Source: Eledone cirrhosa (Eukaryota). Taken from it: 64,000 nucleotides of DNA. Made by a program: the position numbers and the translations under genes. Below are positions 51,845 through 64,000 of the stretch, in pieces (the first letter of the stretch is position 1; each line of letters opens with the position of its first letter). The DNA lies in the NCBI GenBank assembly GCA_964016885.1, contig OZ024743.1, positions 225,804,001 through 225,868,000 on the forward strand. Reading direction: 5' to 3'. The notes under the pieces were generated by a model, which saw nothing but the letters and a program-made list of their open reading frames with translations, searched no databases and was not told where the DNA came from.

Positions 51845-54800
51845 TTCATTTCGGTGGGAAAGTCCTCCAGAGGCACATTCAATGGTACAAGCATGGAAGT
51901 TCTGGTCCAAATGAGGCCAGAACGGATAGCTAAAATACCCCAACGTGTGCCTCTGGATGGAATTTCACACATAAACATTTCTGTTGAGGGTAGGCGGCCT
52001 TCATGTTACCACTATTTAAGCAGTGGTCACCTGAAGGCTTACTGTCCTCAGTTAACTACAAAAAAAGAGGCACTACTGCCAACACCCAAAACAACAACAC
52101 AACCACCACCACCACCACCACCACCACAACAACAACACGCAAACATAACCAAAACAAGAACAACAAACCAACCTGCAAGCACAGTCCCACCCAACCCCAC
52201 TCCACCTAAAACCACTGCAAAAACACCCACAAACACAAAAGCTCCCCAAAACATACCCCTTCCAAATAACACAGACACCACAACGGACGAGGCCCCCACA
52301 TCATCACCAAGTGACGATGAGGGAGAGCCTCTCCGTTCGAAAAGAAAGAAGAAAAGACACCACAAGAACAAAAAAAACAACAAACATCACTACAAACATA
52401 CAACCCCCAACACAAACAACACAAACATTACAAATAAAAACGCCCCGTCCCGAAAACAAAACCACGACATCACTCCAAACACAAACACCTACAACAATAC
52501 GAAAGCTCCCACAAAAACAACAGACAAAAACCATCGCAACACAACAAGAACATTACACATACATAAACAGTAAAAACAAAACTTTAATGGAGGTAATTTC
52601 CAACGACCCTTCGGTGAAAACCGAAGGGAAAACATTTTCGAACTGTGTAGACAAACCTAATTTAAAGATGATTAGGGTCCCTACGGACACCTATAAGTCT
52701 TTAAAGGAAAACTTTCCTAAGGACGTGGGTAATCCTTGTGTTAAACCCATTAACCGCGTCCTTTTAAAAAGTTTCCCCACCCTCCCCCCAGACACCCCCA
52801 CCCCACCAAACATCTCCGTCCCCACCCCGCCGGAAACCACCACCCACCCAGACAACCCGTCTAACACCCCCATGGAAATCGTGCGGCCTGATCCCCGGCA
52901 GACGAAGAGGTGAGTGTTTTCTTCTCTTCTTTTAACTTTTCAGAACCAACATGGCCAATATAAGAGTTGGATGTGTGAATGTACGCGGCCTGGGGGATGC
53001 CCTGGAAACAGGGCAAACTCTTAAACGACCTCAGGTCGCACAGTATGGATGTAGTAGCCATTTGCGAGTCCAGGATCCACAGCGGGCAGCAGCTGGCCCC
53101 CATCTTCGATGACTTTGAGATCTACGCATCTCTCTATCAGCTGGGGGGTGGGGGCGGGGTTGCGGTTTTGCTGCGGAAACACCAGGGCCTCGTAACACAG
53201 ACGGTACATCTGGACCCGGAGGGTCGACTGGTGGTCCTAGACGTTGATGGTAGTGAAGGTGGAGCCTTCAGGCTGGTGGTCGCATATGTCTCATCCGGGA
53301 CACCGCGGCCAGACTTCTTCAAACGTCTAGAGACTTTTCTGGGAACGTTCCGCTCCTTACTTTTAGTGGGGGACTGAAATGGAATCCTAGATGCACGTTG
53401 GGACTATGTGGGAGCATGTCCCGATAAAGGGGGGTGTAACAGCCTCAGACAGTTAATCGACCGATTTGACCTGGCCGATAGATATCGACTAGATTTTCCG
53501 ACTGTGCCACTGGACGTGGACTAATCGCGGCGGAACATCTAGATCGTACCTATATAGGGTTCTAGTTAGAAATAAGGATAGGGACATGTTAAGCTGTCCA
53601 CAAATGTTCATGGTTGCCTATTCAGATCACAAATTAGTGACCTGCATGGTCAACCTTGATATAACCCATAGACAAGGAACTGGCTACTGGAAGCTGAACT
53701 TGTCGTTACCGACATGCAAAGCCTACAGTAGACGGATTAGCACTTTAGTTAAACAGCACTTGACAGGACCATTGTCAACAACAGATGGTGGTACTCTCTC
53801 AAGAAGGCAGTTAGATTAGACTCGTTAGTTTTTAGTAAAGAATTAGAGTTAGATAGAAATAGCACTGAGAGGGAACTGGTAGATAAAGTAGAAGAGGCAA
53901 TTAGAAGTGGCAACGTAACCAGCGTGCTAGCAACGAGAACGGCCTTGGACCAGTTCTTTGACGCAAAAAACGAGGGCTGCGTTGTCAGAAGCAAAATACG
54001 TGCTCTGGGAAACGAGGGAGCCAAAGCTGTTAGCTGGGCCCGAGTGACGGAAGCCCAAAAGTTGCAACAAGTCCACGATTCGGTCTTTGAAGGACCAAGA
54101 CAGACGCGTGATACGTGTGCCAAAGCAGATGTGTGCGGCCTTTCAGCGGCACTTTGCTCAACTGTTCGGGCAGGGCGGCGCGCCGGGAGCGGCTATGGAT
54201 TTCGGTCCATATCTCGACGGCCTACCGCAACTCTCGGACAGCGAGGCGAAGTTCTGCGAAAAGCCGATTTCAGCCGCTGAGATAGGGGACGCTCTGAGCC
54301 AATGCGGCAAACGCAAATCTCCAGGTGTCGACGGTCTACCCTACGAATTTTACGTAGCAATGCCGAACTTATTCTCCGGTCTCCTGGAAGCGGTCTACTG
54401 CAACTGGCAGCAGAACGGGAGAATTCCCAGTTCTGTGACCGGGGGCGTAGTCACACTAGTCAGGAAGGACGCGAATAAGGGGGATGACATAGGCAACTTC
54501 CGGCCCATAACACTGCTAAACACAGTTACAGATTTTGGCCAAGGTGTTGGCGCTTGTCGTCGAGAACCTGGTGGGATAAGCGCAGGCATGCGCAATCCCG
54601 ACCAAGTCCATACACGACAACCTCCACCTCATGCGATACATCATAGAGGGGGTAGGTTGTAAACCTGGCTTCGGTGGGAGCCCTGATAACTTGGATCAGT
54701 CTTACGCTTTCGATAGGGTTGACCATCGTTACCTGGATGCGGTGCTCGAGGCGGCAGGCTTCGGACCCGTGTTCAGGGGCTGGATTGCTGCAATGCACAA

Positions 54801-56146
54801 CAGCAACATCTGCTCAAGAGTCAAGGTGAGCGGCTACCTCTCGGAGCGGTTCCATATCATGCGATCCATTCGACAGAGATGCCCTCTCTCCTCCCTTCTG
54901 TACACTTTTATAGCGTCCGCCATCTACTACCCTTTGACTGTCGTGGCTTGTCCAGCCAAAACACTCACCAAAATGGAGCGCACACTCTTCCAATTCCTTT
55001 GGAGTAGGCGGGCTCCTTTGGTGAGAAGATCCATCTGCTGCCAACACCCTTCCAACGGAAGGCTGGAGATGCCGTGGCTGACGATGCGCAAACCCGCGCT
55101 CAGGCTGCGGCATCTCTACGTATTCCTCACCGGAAACCGGTGTGGACCCCGTTCGTGAGGCGAGCCTTCCCACGACTCGTCTCGCTGACCGAGCTGCAGT
55201 CCTGGGTCAAGCAAAGACCGAGGAAAATGGGCGACTGGCACAGCGAATGTGCTCAGGCGCTCGCAGGCCTCTGGCAGGCGGACCCGGCAATCAGTGGAGA
55301 CTCCACTTCGTCATTCTATAGAGGGTTGATCCGCAGCAAGTGCGATGACGCGCTCGGTGAAACTCTAGGCGTAGAGGAAGACGAACTGGCCAGTCTGTTC
55401 GGTAGGATATTCCGCCCGGGACCGATGGACAACTTTCAAAAGTCCCTGGCCTGGCAGTGCTACCGAGGAGCTCTACCAGTTCGAGACAAGCTCTACAGAC
55501 ATGGGCGCCCGAGCAGGGACCCTTCGAAAAAGATCTGTCCGAGGTGCGTGCGAGGCGAAGAAACCGTCGCGCACGCATTCATACACTGCCCGGGCGTTAC
55601 CGACCTGTGGGACCAATCCAGTTGACCACCGAGTCCATTGTCATGATCAAACCGCCACCCTCCTTCAAAAACGAAGGAGAGGCGGTTTTCCTTTGTGTGA
55701 TAGCTATGGCGAAAGAGGTCGTATGGTGGACAAGGTTGAAAGGGCTCAGGTCAGAAAACCTTTCTCTCCGGCCAACAACTGATTCTTTTTTTCAAATACC
55801 ACTTTAGAAGAAGAATCAGGATGGAGAGAGAGGTGCTGTACCCCAGCAAGTTTTATGAAAGGTGGGTGAAAGTGAGTGAATGGGCCTTCTCTCTATATCA
55901 GCCTGTAGGTGGAGGAGAAAGAGGAGGAGAGGAAAGGGGTAGAAACTCTTCGTACTCCTGGAGATGAGGGTTGCACATTTTTTCGGGGGTATGTGTTACC
56001 CATATGTAATGTCTCCCCCTATTGGGGAAAATTGATTAACTTTTAAATTGTATTTGTAATAGTATTTTACACGTTTTTATTGTATGTAAACTTCCCCCTT
56101 TGTATTTGTCCCTTTCTTTTGTGCCCCTGTGGCTAATAAAGAAACA
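51845..56146 (+). mobile_element. Tx1-B copy B4, truncated in ORF1, internal RT deletion at ~54902
   Basis: ORF1 with CYHYLSSGHLKAYC ending at 52913. ORF2 from 52951 is frameshifted. 3'UTR AATAAA. (TATC)n on both sides. Confidence 0.92.
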
Positions 56147-56190
56147 TATCTATCTATTTGTCTATCTATCTATATATCTATCTATTTATA

Positions 56191-56429
56191 GGGCAACCAC
56201 GTCACCTTTCAATCTGGCAGAAGGGTATACGGTGCTGATGATAGCTAACAAGCTTGAAACTAGTACATCGTTCCTGTGTCAGTGTTGAACAAAAAGGTGA
56301 CGTGGTTGCCTTAACACCGTATGGCATAAATTCAGGCTGTTCAGTTTGTTTACAAACAAACAAAGCGGCGTTATAATAAGCGTCCGCTAAACTGATACGT
56401 GCATATATGTATGTGTACCTGTATGTATA

Positions 56430-56460
<31 letters not shown>

Positions 56461-56509
56461 GCATGCTACTGTACGTCTGTATACATATATGTACGTATAC
56501 ATAGATACT

Positions 56510-56511
<2 letters not shown>
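56191..56511 (+). mobile_element. Second copy of the 25.2-25.8 kb hammerhead unit, with a short 5' inversion
   Basis: Reverse-complement match to ~25215-25545. 56192-56209 is inverted at 56293-56310. Confidence 0.75.
56229..56271 (+). ncRNA. Minimal type I hammerhead ribozyme
   Basis: acggtg-CTGATGA-tagct(aaca)agctt-GAAA-ctag-TA-catcgt. Confidence 0.85.
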
Positions 56512-56605
<94 letters not shown>

Positions 56606-56674
56606 ATATATACAAGTAACATTCAGAGACCAAGCAGATGTGAGAAAAACCACAGACCCTACATCTCAACTCTA

Positions 56675-56710
56675 CTTTTGAAAAGCAGAACAACTGCGAA
56701 ACCGGTAAAG
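56675..56710 (+). ncRNA. U3-A8 minimal hammerhead (pLTR)
   Basis: ctt-TTGAAAA-gcag(aacaa)ctgc-GAAA-ccgg-TA-aag. Confidence 0.65.
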
Positions 56711-56908
56711 GAATCAAATAAATATATATATATTTTTTAAAAATAAGACTCCAGTTGCATTTTCGATTTCAAATTTTTTTTTTTATATATATATATATAT
56801 ATATCTTTTCTATATATATATATATATATATATAAAGAAAAAAATTTGAAATCGAAAATGCAACTGGAGACTTATTTAAAAAAAAAAAAAAAAATATTTA
56901 TTTGATTC

Positions 56909-56944
56909 CTTTACCAGTTTCGCAGTTGTTCTGCTTTTCAAAAG
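56909..56944 (-). ncRNA. U3-A8 minimal hammerhead (3' pLTR)
   Basis: Same motif with ccgg changed to ctgg. Confidence 0.6.
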
Positions 56945-57473
56945 TAGAGTTGAGATGTAGGGTCTGTGGTTTTTCTCACATCTGCTTGGTCTCTGAATGC
57001 TACTTGTTTTATATGGAAAAAAGTGGCTCGAAATGCCAAGTTTTTAGAGAAGTAATTTGATTGGTTGTTCAATAATTATAATAAATTTCGCGCCAGTTCG
57101 CGTTACAAAGTTCTTCAAACAAGGGGGGGGGGTGCAGAGGTTGCTTTTTCATATATGAGTGTTTGAATTTCTTTTTACTTTAAAAAAACGGCTCACGAAG
57201 GCTTTTTTTTTTTAAAAAACGTAATTTGATTGGTTATAAATGAAATTATGCCTGTCACCTGAACAAGTTTTCATTAAACTTTCGCGCCCTTATTTGGAAA
57301 TCTATTCTGTAGCCTTTTTAGAGAATTTTATGACAAGCAAAAGATAATGGTCAAGAGAAATGGGATGGGAGAATTGTTCTGGTTCAGTGAATATGGTTAG
57401 TTCGCTGGGGTGTCAGAATTCAGATTTTCTACTGAAGTAAAGAAAGTAAAGATGTGTATCTTTATTTGTGTGC

Positions 57474-57529
<56 letters not shown>

Positions 57530-58012
57530 TGGAAGATGATTCCATTAGTAGAAATGGGGGAGGGAGTTGTGTGTATATGTGTGTGTGGGAGTATGTTAAG
57601 ATGGAGAGAATATATATATTTTGTGCGTTTGTATGTATATGTGTAGGAAAGTGATTCTATTAGTTGAAATGGAGGAGGGAGTTGTGTGTGTGGGTGGGGG
57701 TGGGGGGTTGTTATGTGTGTCTATGGGTGTTATGTTTGTGGGAGTATGGTTAGCATGTTAAGATGAAGAGAATATATATATATATATATATATATTGTTA
57801 GTGTGTGTAGGAAATTGATTCCTTTAGTAGGAATATTTTTGAATGAACATATTTTCCTTACTTATTCGTATTTGTTCTGTTGTATTGTCAGCGCAAACGT
57901 ATGTTAAGGTTTATTTAGTTCGGGTTTTTATTTTCTAAAGTAGCAGTTGTTATGTGTGTGTGTATGTGTCTGTTTGGATGGGTAGCATGTTATGGTGTTG
58001 ACATAATGTATA

Positions 58013-61000
58013 TTAAACCATATTTAATGCTGGTCTATATTTTTGAATAAACATATTTTCCTTATTTATTCGTATTTGTTCTGTTGTATTGTTAGCGCAA
58101 AGGTAAAATGGGAAGACTTGGAATTTGGGTGTCTTATTACTTGCGCATATGTCTAGATGTGCACTTAGTGGTATCTGTCTCGTGGTTGGATCTCGTAATT
58201 GTTGGCGATGAACTGTCATTCTGTTTCTGAGTGTGAGTTTAGTTTGTCCTATATAATCTTCATGGCATCCTTTACATTTAATGGCATAAAACAGATTTTT
58301 TGATGAGCAAGTGAAGTGATTTTTTACAGCAAAATTTTGTCCTGATTTAAATGTATACGTGTTGCCTTTAATGAGGTGAGTGCAGGTTCCACAATTAGAG
58401 CGACCACATTTTTTGACAGTTGGTTGTGGGTTTGTGGTAGGTAATTTGGCATTGGTGAGTAATGTTTTCAGTGATTTCGGTTGTCTTTTGCTTTTGATTA
58501 TTTTGTGTTTCAAGGGCTTTTTTCATTCTTGGGTTTTGTTTTAGTAGTGGGATGTTCTTATGAATAGTGTTGTAATCTTCCGCATTTCTTGGGTTGTGTG
58601 TTGAGATATATGATAGAATATTGGACGTACCTTGAATTTGTTTCTGTTTTCGTAATTCAACAATGCCTATTGCTTTAGCCCTTTCTATTCCATTATTTAT
58701 TAGTAATGGTGGGTACTCTCTTTCGAGTAGAATTTCCTTTAATTCTTGAAGTCTTTTATTTCGCGTTTCATAATTGGAGACAATTGTGCAAATTCTTCTT
58801 GCTAGGTTAAAAGGAATGTTCGTCTTCGTGTGCTTTGGATGGTTGGAGGTGAATAGCAGGTATTGTTAATATTTGTGTCTTTTTTAAAAATTAAGATGTC
58901 CAGAAATGGGAGTTGATCTTGGCTGTATTCCATTGTGAATTGGATGTGGTTATTGATGCCGTTTATTAAGTTTTTGAAATCCTTCAGTTGGTTGAGTGTG
59001 TGGGACCAAAGAATGAGACAATCATCCAAGTAGGGTTTCCAATTCTCTGATAAATATTTGTGGAAGTTCAATCCGTATTTTGATTTGGACTGTTCATATA
59101 TCTGGACTTCTAAATATGCCATGACTAAGTTGGCATAAGTTGGAGCGGCTTTTGTACCCATCGCAGTCCGATATTTGCTTGTAAGTACTGCCATCGAAAT
59201 CAAAAAAGTTGTTCTGTAAGATGAATTTTAATCCCTCGGTGATGAAGCATTTTTCTATTCTGCCAGGTATCTCATTGGGATATTTCTCTAGCCAGAATCC
59301 TATTGCTTCTAGTCCGTATTGGTGTGGGATCGTTGTGTAGAGATTCACTACATCGAAAGACACAATAATAGTGTCGCTGTTGACATGTTTGGGGAGGTGG
59401 TTTAAGAGGTCCAGATCGTCTCTTACAAGACTTGGTATGTGTTTGAGAATTGGTTTTAGTATGCTCAGTCTGTGTGTTTCACATTGTGGGCCCGCTACAA
59501 TTGGTTTTAATTTAAGGTCTGTGGGGTATTGTGTGTTAACGCAGGCTGAGTTAGATTGTTTACAGGCATCGTTAATTATTTTACACTTGTGGATCTTCGG
59601 AAGTCCGTAAAGGTTGCTGGTTTTGTATTCAAAATGTGTTAAATAATCGCGTTCCTTTTTAGTTAGGTCTTCCTGGTATCGATAAATCAGTGTGTTTAAT
59701 CTGGTCATTGTTTTTGATTGCTGGTAGTTTTTTACTCTTTCATAGTAATTAGTATTTTGTAAGAGAGAGAACATAGAATTTTTATATTTTTCAGCCTCCA
59801 TAATGACAACAGTACTTCCCTTGTCCGCTTCCTTAATTATAATGTCCGTATTGTTTTTTAGTTCATGGATAATGTCCCATTCCCTTCGAATTGTGTTGGG
59901 TTTGGGTTTAGGTTGCGGTGGTTCATGGTATGGGAAAGTAGCTATGTGGTCACAAAATTTGTCCAGAACTCTGTTTCTACCTTTTGTTGGGTTGTAGCTG
60001 CTTTTATTCCGTACAATTGATTCGTCGTTATTCTCCTTGTCAAAGAATTCCTCTGTGAGACGTAATTTTCTACAGAAGTGTGAGATATCGTCATTTATCT
60101 TATTGGGGTTAGAGTATTGTGGTGTTGGTGTGAATTTCAGTCCTTTGGAGATAAATTTTACTTGTTGGGCTGAGAGGTTTGTATTTGAAAGGTTGATTAT
60201 TTTCGGTTTTTCAAAAACGGTCTGTGCCACCGGGTGTCGTGGGTCCTGTAGCCTTGGTAAAAAAAATGATTTTTCTGGAATGTTTTTTCAATGGTATTAT
60301 TATATCTAATGGTATTTCCCCTGTTGTTGTGTGGTCTTGTATAGAAGTTTCGGACGTATTGAGGTTCGGTTTGTTGATAGTCCGGGTAGATTTTGTTCCT
60401 TTGTATGGGTTAGGATCTACGGTTTTGGAACAGGCTCTGTGTGGGCAGGGGTCTACGGTTTTGGAATAGGTTTTATGTGGGTTGTGATCTGCGGATCGGG
60501 TCCTGTCTTGTGTTGGGGGATCTTCGGTTTTTGTTAGTAGGGTTATAGCTTTGTCTATGGGTTCTGGGATTATAGTTATAGTTTTGCTGGGGGTATGTTG
60601 GACGTTTTGTTACTTTTTTGTTATGTGTTGTGCATGTTTTGTTACTTTTTTTGTTATTTGTTGTGCATGTGGTGTGTGAGTTTTAGTTTGTTTTAAAAAT
60701 GGGTTACCTGTATGTTGAAGTCCATTTCGTAGTTGTTGAACCAGGTGGCGTTTTTTTCCCCATCGCTGGAGGGATGTTAGTTCTTCATCCTCACAGTTTT
60801 CTTTCCAAAGTTTTAAGGTTTTTTCGTAGAGTAGGCCTTCAGAGTGCTTTGAAATTTCTGTGTCCATCCGTTGGTGGTCGAGTGACTTGAATTTTTCTTC
60901 GTTGGAGTTGGCTCTTAATCGCAACAATTCTATTTCTATTTAACATTTTTCTAACGCCATCTTTTCCCTAAGTCTTTGTTGGTTTTCTGGTTCATTCGGG

Positions 61001-61422
61001 ATGGGTTTTATTTTGAGTTTTTGGGGGAGGATGATTGGGGTAGAGTTTAGTCACTTTTCATATATGTCTGCCTTGCCATTATTTTTTAGGAGATTCCAAA
61101 ATGCGAATTTGTGGGCTGTGAGCTTTTGAGTCCATATATTGATTAGGGTGTTTTTCACTGAGTGGACATCTCGTAGATTGGGTTCTAATGGTTGTTCTAG
61201 ATTTTGGAGCATTGCTGTTTCAATGGTTTCGATTAGTTTAGTTAATGCTGGAGTAATATTCGTCTCTTGGGTATTTTCTGTTTCTTCGTGGGGTCCTTTT
61301 TTATAGATGTGTATTTGGTCCACTTTGTTGGTCAAAATTGAGAGTTTAGAGGAAATCTCTTTGAGTTCATTTAAGATGTCCTGGTTCAGTGAGTTGTTGT
61401 TTTGTTGAGACTTTGGTGGCAT
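58013..61422 (-). pseudogene. PLE ORF: N-terminal region, RT and GIY-YIG, frameshifted
   Basis: IINLS..SKGLKFTPTP, IKEADKG, YGLPKIHK, FDVVNLYTTIPH, TAMGTKAAPTYANL, YLDD, LPFLD, CGRSNCGTC, YAIKC..C..DYIGQT. Confidence 0.9.
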
Positions 61423-61592
61423 TTTCGGTCTTCGTGTAGTGGGTATGTATTAGAAAGTGAGGTTTTCTTTACAAAATGAAAAATAACCGAGGTGTCCTGC
61501 ACGAGTGAAAGTATAAAGAAAAAAAGATGAAATCGAAAATGCAACTGGAGTCTTATTTAAAAAAAAAAAATATATATATATTTATTTGGTTC

Positions 61593-61628
61593 CTTTACCG
61601 GTTTCGCAGTTCTTCTGCTTTTCAAAAT
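61593..61628 (-). ncRNA. U3-A8 minimal hammerhead (5' pLTR)
   Basis: Same motif. Confidence 0.6.
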
Positions 61629-62586
61629 TAGAGTTGAGATGGAGGCTCTGTGGTTTTTCTCACATCTGGTTGGTCTCTGAATGTTACTTGTTTTATATGG
61701 AAAAAAGTGGCTCGAAATGCCTGGTTTTTAGAGAAGTAATTTGATTGGTTGGTCAATAATTATAATAAATTTCGCGCCAGTTCGCGTTACAAAGTTCTTC
61801 AAACAAGGGGGGGGGGTGCACAGGTTGTTTTTTTTTATATATGAGTGTTTGAATTTCTTTTTACTTTAAAAAAAGGGGCTCACGAAGGCTTTTTTTTTAA
61901 AAAACGTAATTTGATTGGTTATAAATGAAATTATGGTTGTCACGTGAACAAGTTTTCATTAAAATTTCGCGCCCTTATTTGGAAATCTATTCTGTAGCCT
62001 TTTTAGAGAATTTTATGACAAGCAAAAGATAATGGTCAAGAGAAATGGGATGGGAGAATTGTTCTGGTTCAGTGAATATGGTTAGTTCGCTGGGGTGTCA
62101 GAATTCAGATTTTCTATTGAAGTAAAGAAAGTAAAGATGTGTATCTTTATTTGTGTGCTTGTGTGTGTGTTTGAATTTCTTTTTAATTAAAAAAAGGGGC
62201 TCACGAAGGCTTAAAGACTACAGAATAGATTTCCAAATAAGGGCGCGAAATTTTAATGAAAACTTGTTCACGTGACAGCCATAATTTGATTTATAACAAA
62301 TCAAATAACGTTTATTAAAAAAAAAGCCTTCGTGAGCCCTCTTTTTTTAAGTAAAAAGAAATTCAAACACTCATATATGAAAAAAACAACCTGTGTCCCC
62401 CCCCCCCCTTGTTTGAAGAACTTTGTAACGCAAACTGGCGCGAAATTTATTATAATTATTGACCAACGAATCAAATTACTTCTCTAAAAACCTGGCATTT
62501 CGAGCCACTTTTTTCCATATAAAACAAGTAACATTCAGAGACCAACCAGATGTGAGAAAAACCACAGAGCCTCCATCTCAACTCTA

Positions 62587-62622
62587 CTTTTGAAAAGCAG
62601 AAGAACTGCGAAACCGGTAAAG
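62587..62622 (+). ncRNA. U3-A8 minimal hammerhead (inverted pLTR)
   Basis: ctt-TTGAAAA-gcag(aagaa)ctgc-GAAA-ccgg-TA-aag. Confidence 0.65.
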
Positions 62623-62756
62623 GAACCAAATAAATATATATATATATTTTTTTTAAAATAAGACTCCAGTTACATTTTCGATTTCATCTTTTTTCTTTAT
62701 ACTTTCACTCGTGTAGGACACCTCGGTTATTTTTCATTTTGTAAAAAAAACCTCAC

Positions 62757-62818
<62 letters not shown>

Positions 62819-63029
62819 ATGTGTATGTGTGTGTGTATGTGTGTGTGTGTGTGAAAGTCAGTGTGTTCGGGAAGGGGACGTAGATATGTTTTGGACATTT
62901 TAGAATATTTATGCATATCTTTGTTTTTCTGGAAGTTCACATACATACACAAATACACAGCTACACTCACACTAACGTACACACGTATACACATTTTGCG
63001 CATATACGCATATACATGTAGTTAGTTAT

Positions 63030-63385
63030 AGTGTGTGACATATTTAGCAATGTAATGTGTAGTTTATTACAGTGTGTAATATACTTAACAATGTAATGTG
63101 TAGTTTATTAAAGTGTGTAACATATTTAGTAAAATAATGTGTAGTTTATTACAATGTGTAACATAGTTAATGTAATGTGTAGTTTATTACAATGTGTAAC
63201 GTAGTTAATATAATGTGTAGTTTATTATAATATGTAACATATTTAGTAATATACTGTACAGTAGACGACACAATGTTGTATACATAATGATGTAATGTGT
63301 AACAGATTATAATGTGTAACATACCTAACAATAGATGCATGTATTATTTAACTGTGTAACAATGTAACATACTTAATAATTGTGT
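63030..63385. repeat. Degenerate ~40-bp AT-rich minisatellite
   Basis: Recurring TAATGTGTAGTTTATTACAATGTGTAAC. Confidence 0.8.
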
Positions 63386-63804
63386 ATGTAGTAGATGTGT
63401 AGTAGATGATACTATAATGATTGCTTATTCTAAGATTCACTTTTAAAATTTTCAAATGTCTACACTTTCGGTTAGCGTCCGTTATATCATAACACTTATT
63501 ACATCACTTATATAAACATCCATATATTTGCATAGTTTATAAGGTTTCATTAAATTTCACAGAAATGCACTTTCTATATAATATCGTCATTTTAAAATGT
63601 ATCATGGATTACACAAGAGAGTATAACACAGTCTCTCTTCAATTTCTGTGCATATTGTCAATACGATTTTATTTAACATATCATATTTACATGCATATAA
63701 TATAAATATGCGCACTACATATGTTAGCTGAAAACCACCCGAAGGGTAGTTTCCCTGCTATTATATTTAATAAATGAATGTGTAGTAAATGACACTGTAT
63801 TGGA

Positions 63805-63990
63805 CCTCCGTCGGTTTCAACGATGAGTGTTCCAATTATTCTCCCAGCGGAACAGTTTGATCTTATATTCTACAGATGTATATACTCAGAGTATTACAGA
63901 GATGTTTATACTCTTAACATAATTGTCAGTGAGATTCAGCGTGACATTGCATGACAACTTGATTTGTGCCAGTTAAGTGGCTGGGAATAA
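63805..63990 (+). mobile_element. Degenerate SINE fragment
   Basis: GTTCCA..CGGAACAG and GAGATTCAGCGTGAC resemble cephalopod SINE cores (from recall, not a search). Confidence 0.35.
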
Positions 63991-64000
63991 TGTGAAATAA

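Larger units (their letters stand above)
56612..62762 (-). mobile_element. Near-complete Penelope-like element (Neptune type) with direct and inverted pLTRs
   Basis: pLTR ~61520-62165 is repeated at ~56835-57485. Inverted copies at ~62215-62762 and 56612-56780. (TA)n at both ends. Confidence 0.9.

Overview
Repeat-dense eukaryotic DNA with no recognisable host gene. The SINEs and TA/CA microsatellites suggest an octopus or other cephalopod (inference). 1-23.4 kb is a head-to-tail array of five minus-strand Tx1-clade LINEs (lineage A) separated by (AAT)n. An R4/Dong-type fragment lies in one spacer, and the last copy has a different 5'UTR/ORF1. Four plus-strand copies of a sister Tx1 lineage (B) each sit in (TATC)n/(TCTG)n repeats. 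Several Penelope-like elements (PLEs), solo or tandem pseudo-LTR (pLTR)-like units and long palindromes sit in (TA)n, and many carry type I hammerhead ribozyme motifs, including a U3-A8 core variant. SINEs, RTE fragments and a hAT-like TIR element make up the rest. The best novel candidate is the ORF1-ORF2 spacer: in all six Tx1 copies that retain it, it reads as a tiny GT-AG intron (34, 41 or 52 nt) that hides the ORF1 stop codon inside the donor site, and in every case its removal fuses ORF1 in frame to ORF2. Boundaries were read by eye and may be off by a few nt.
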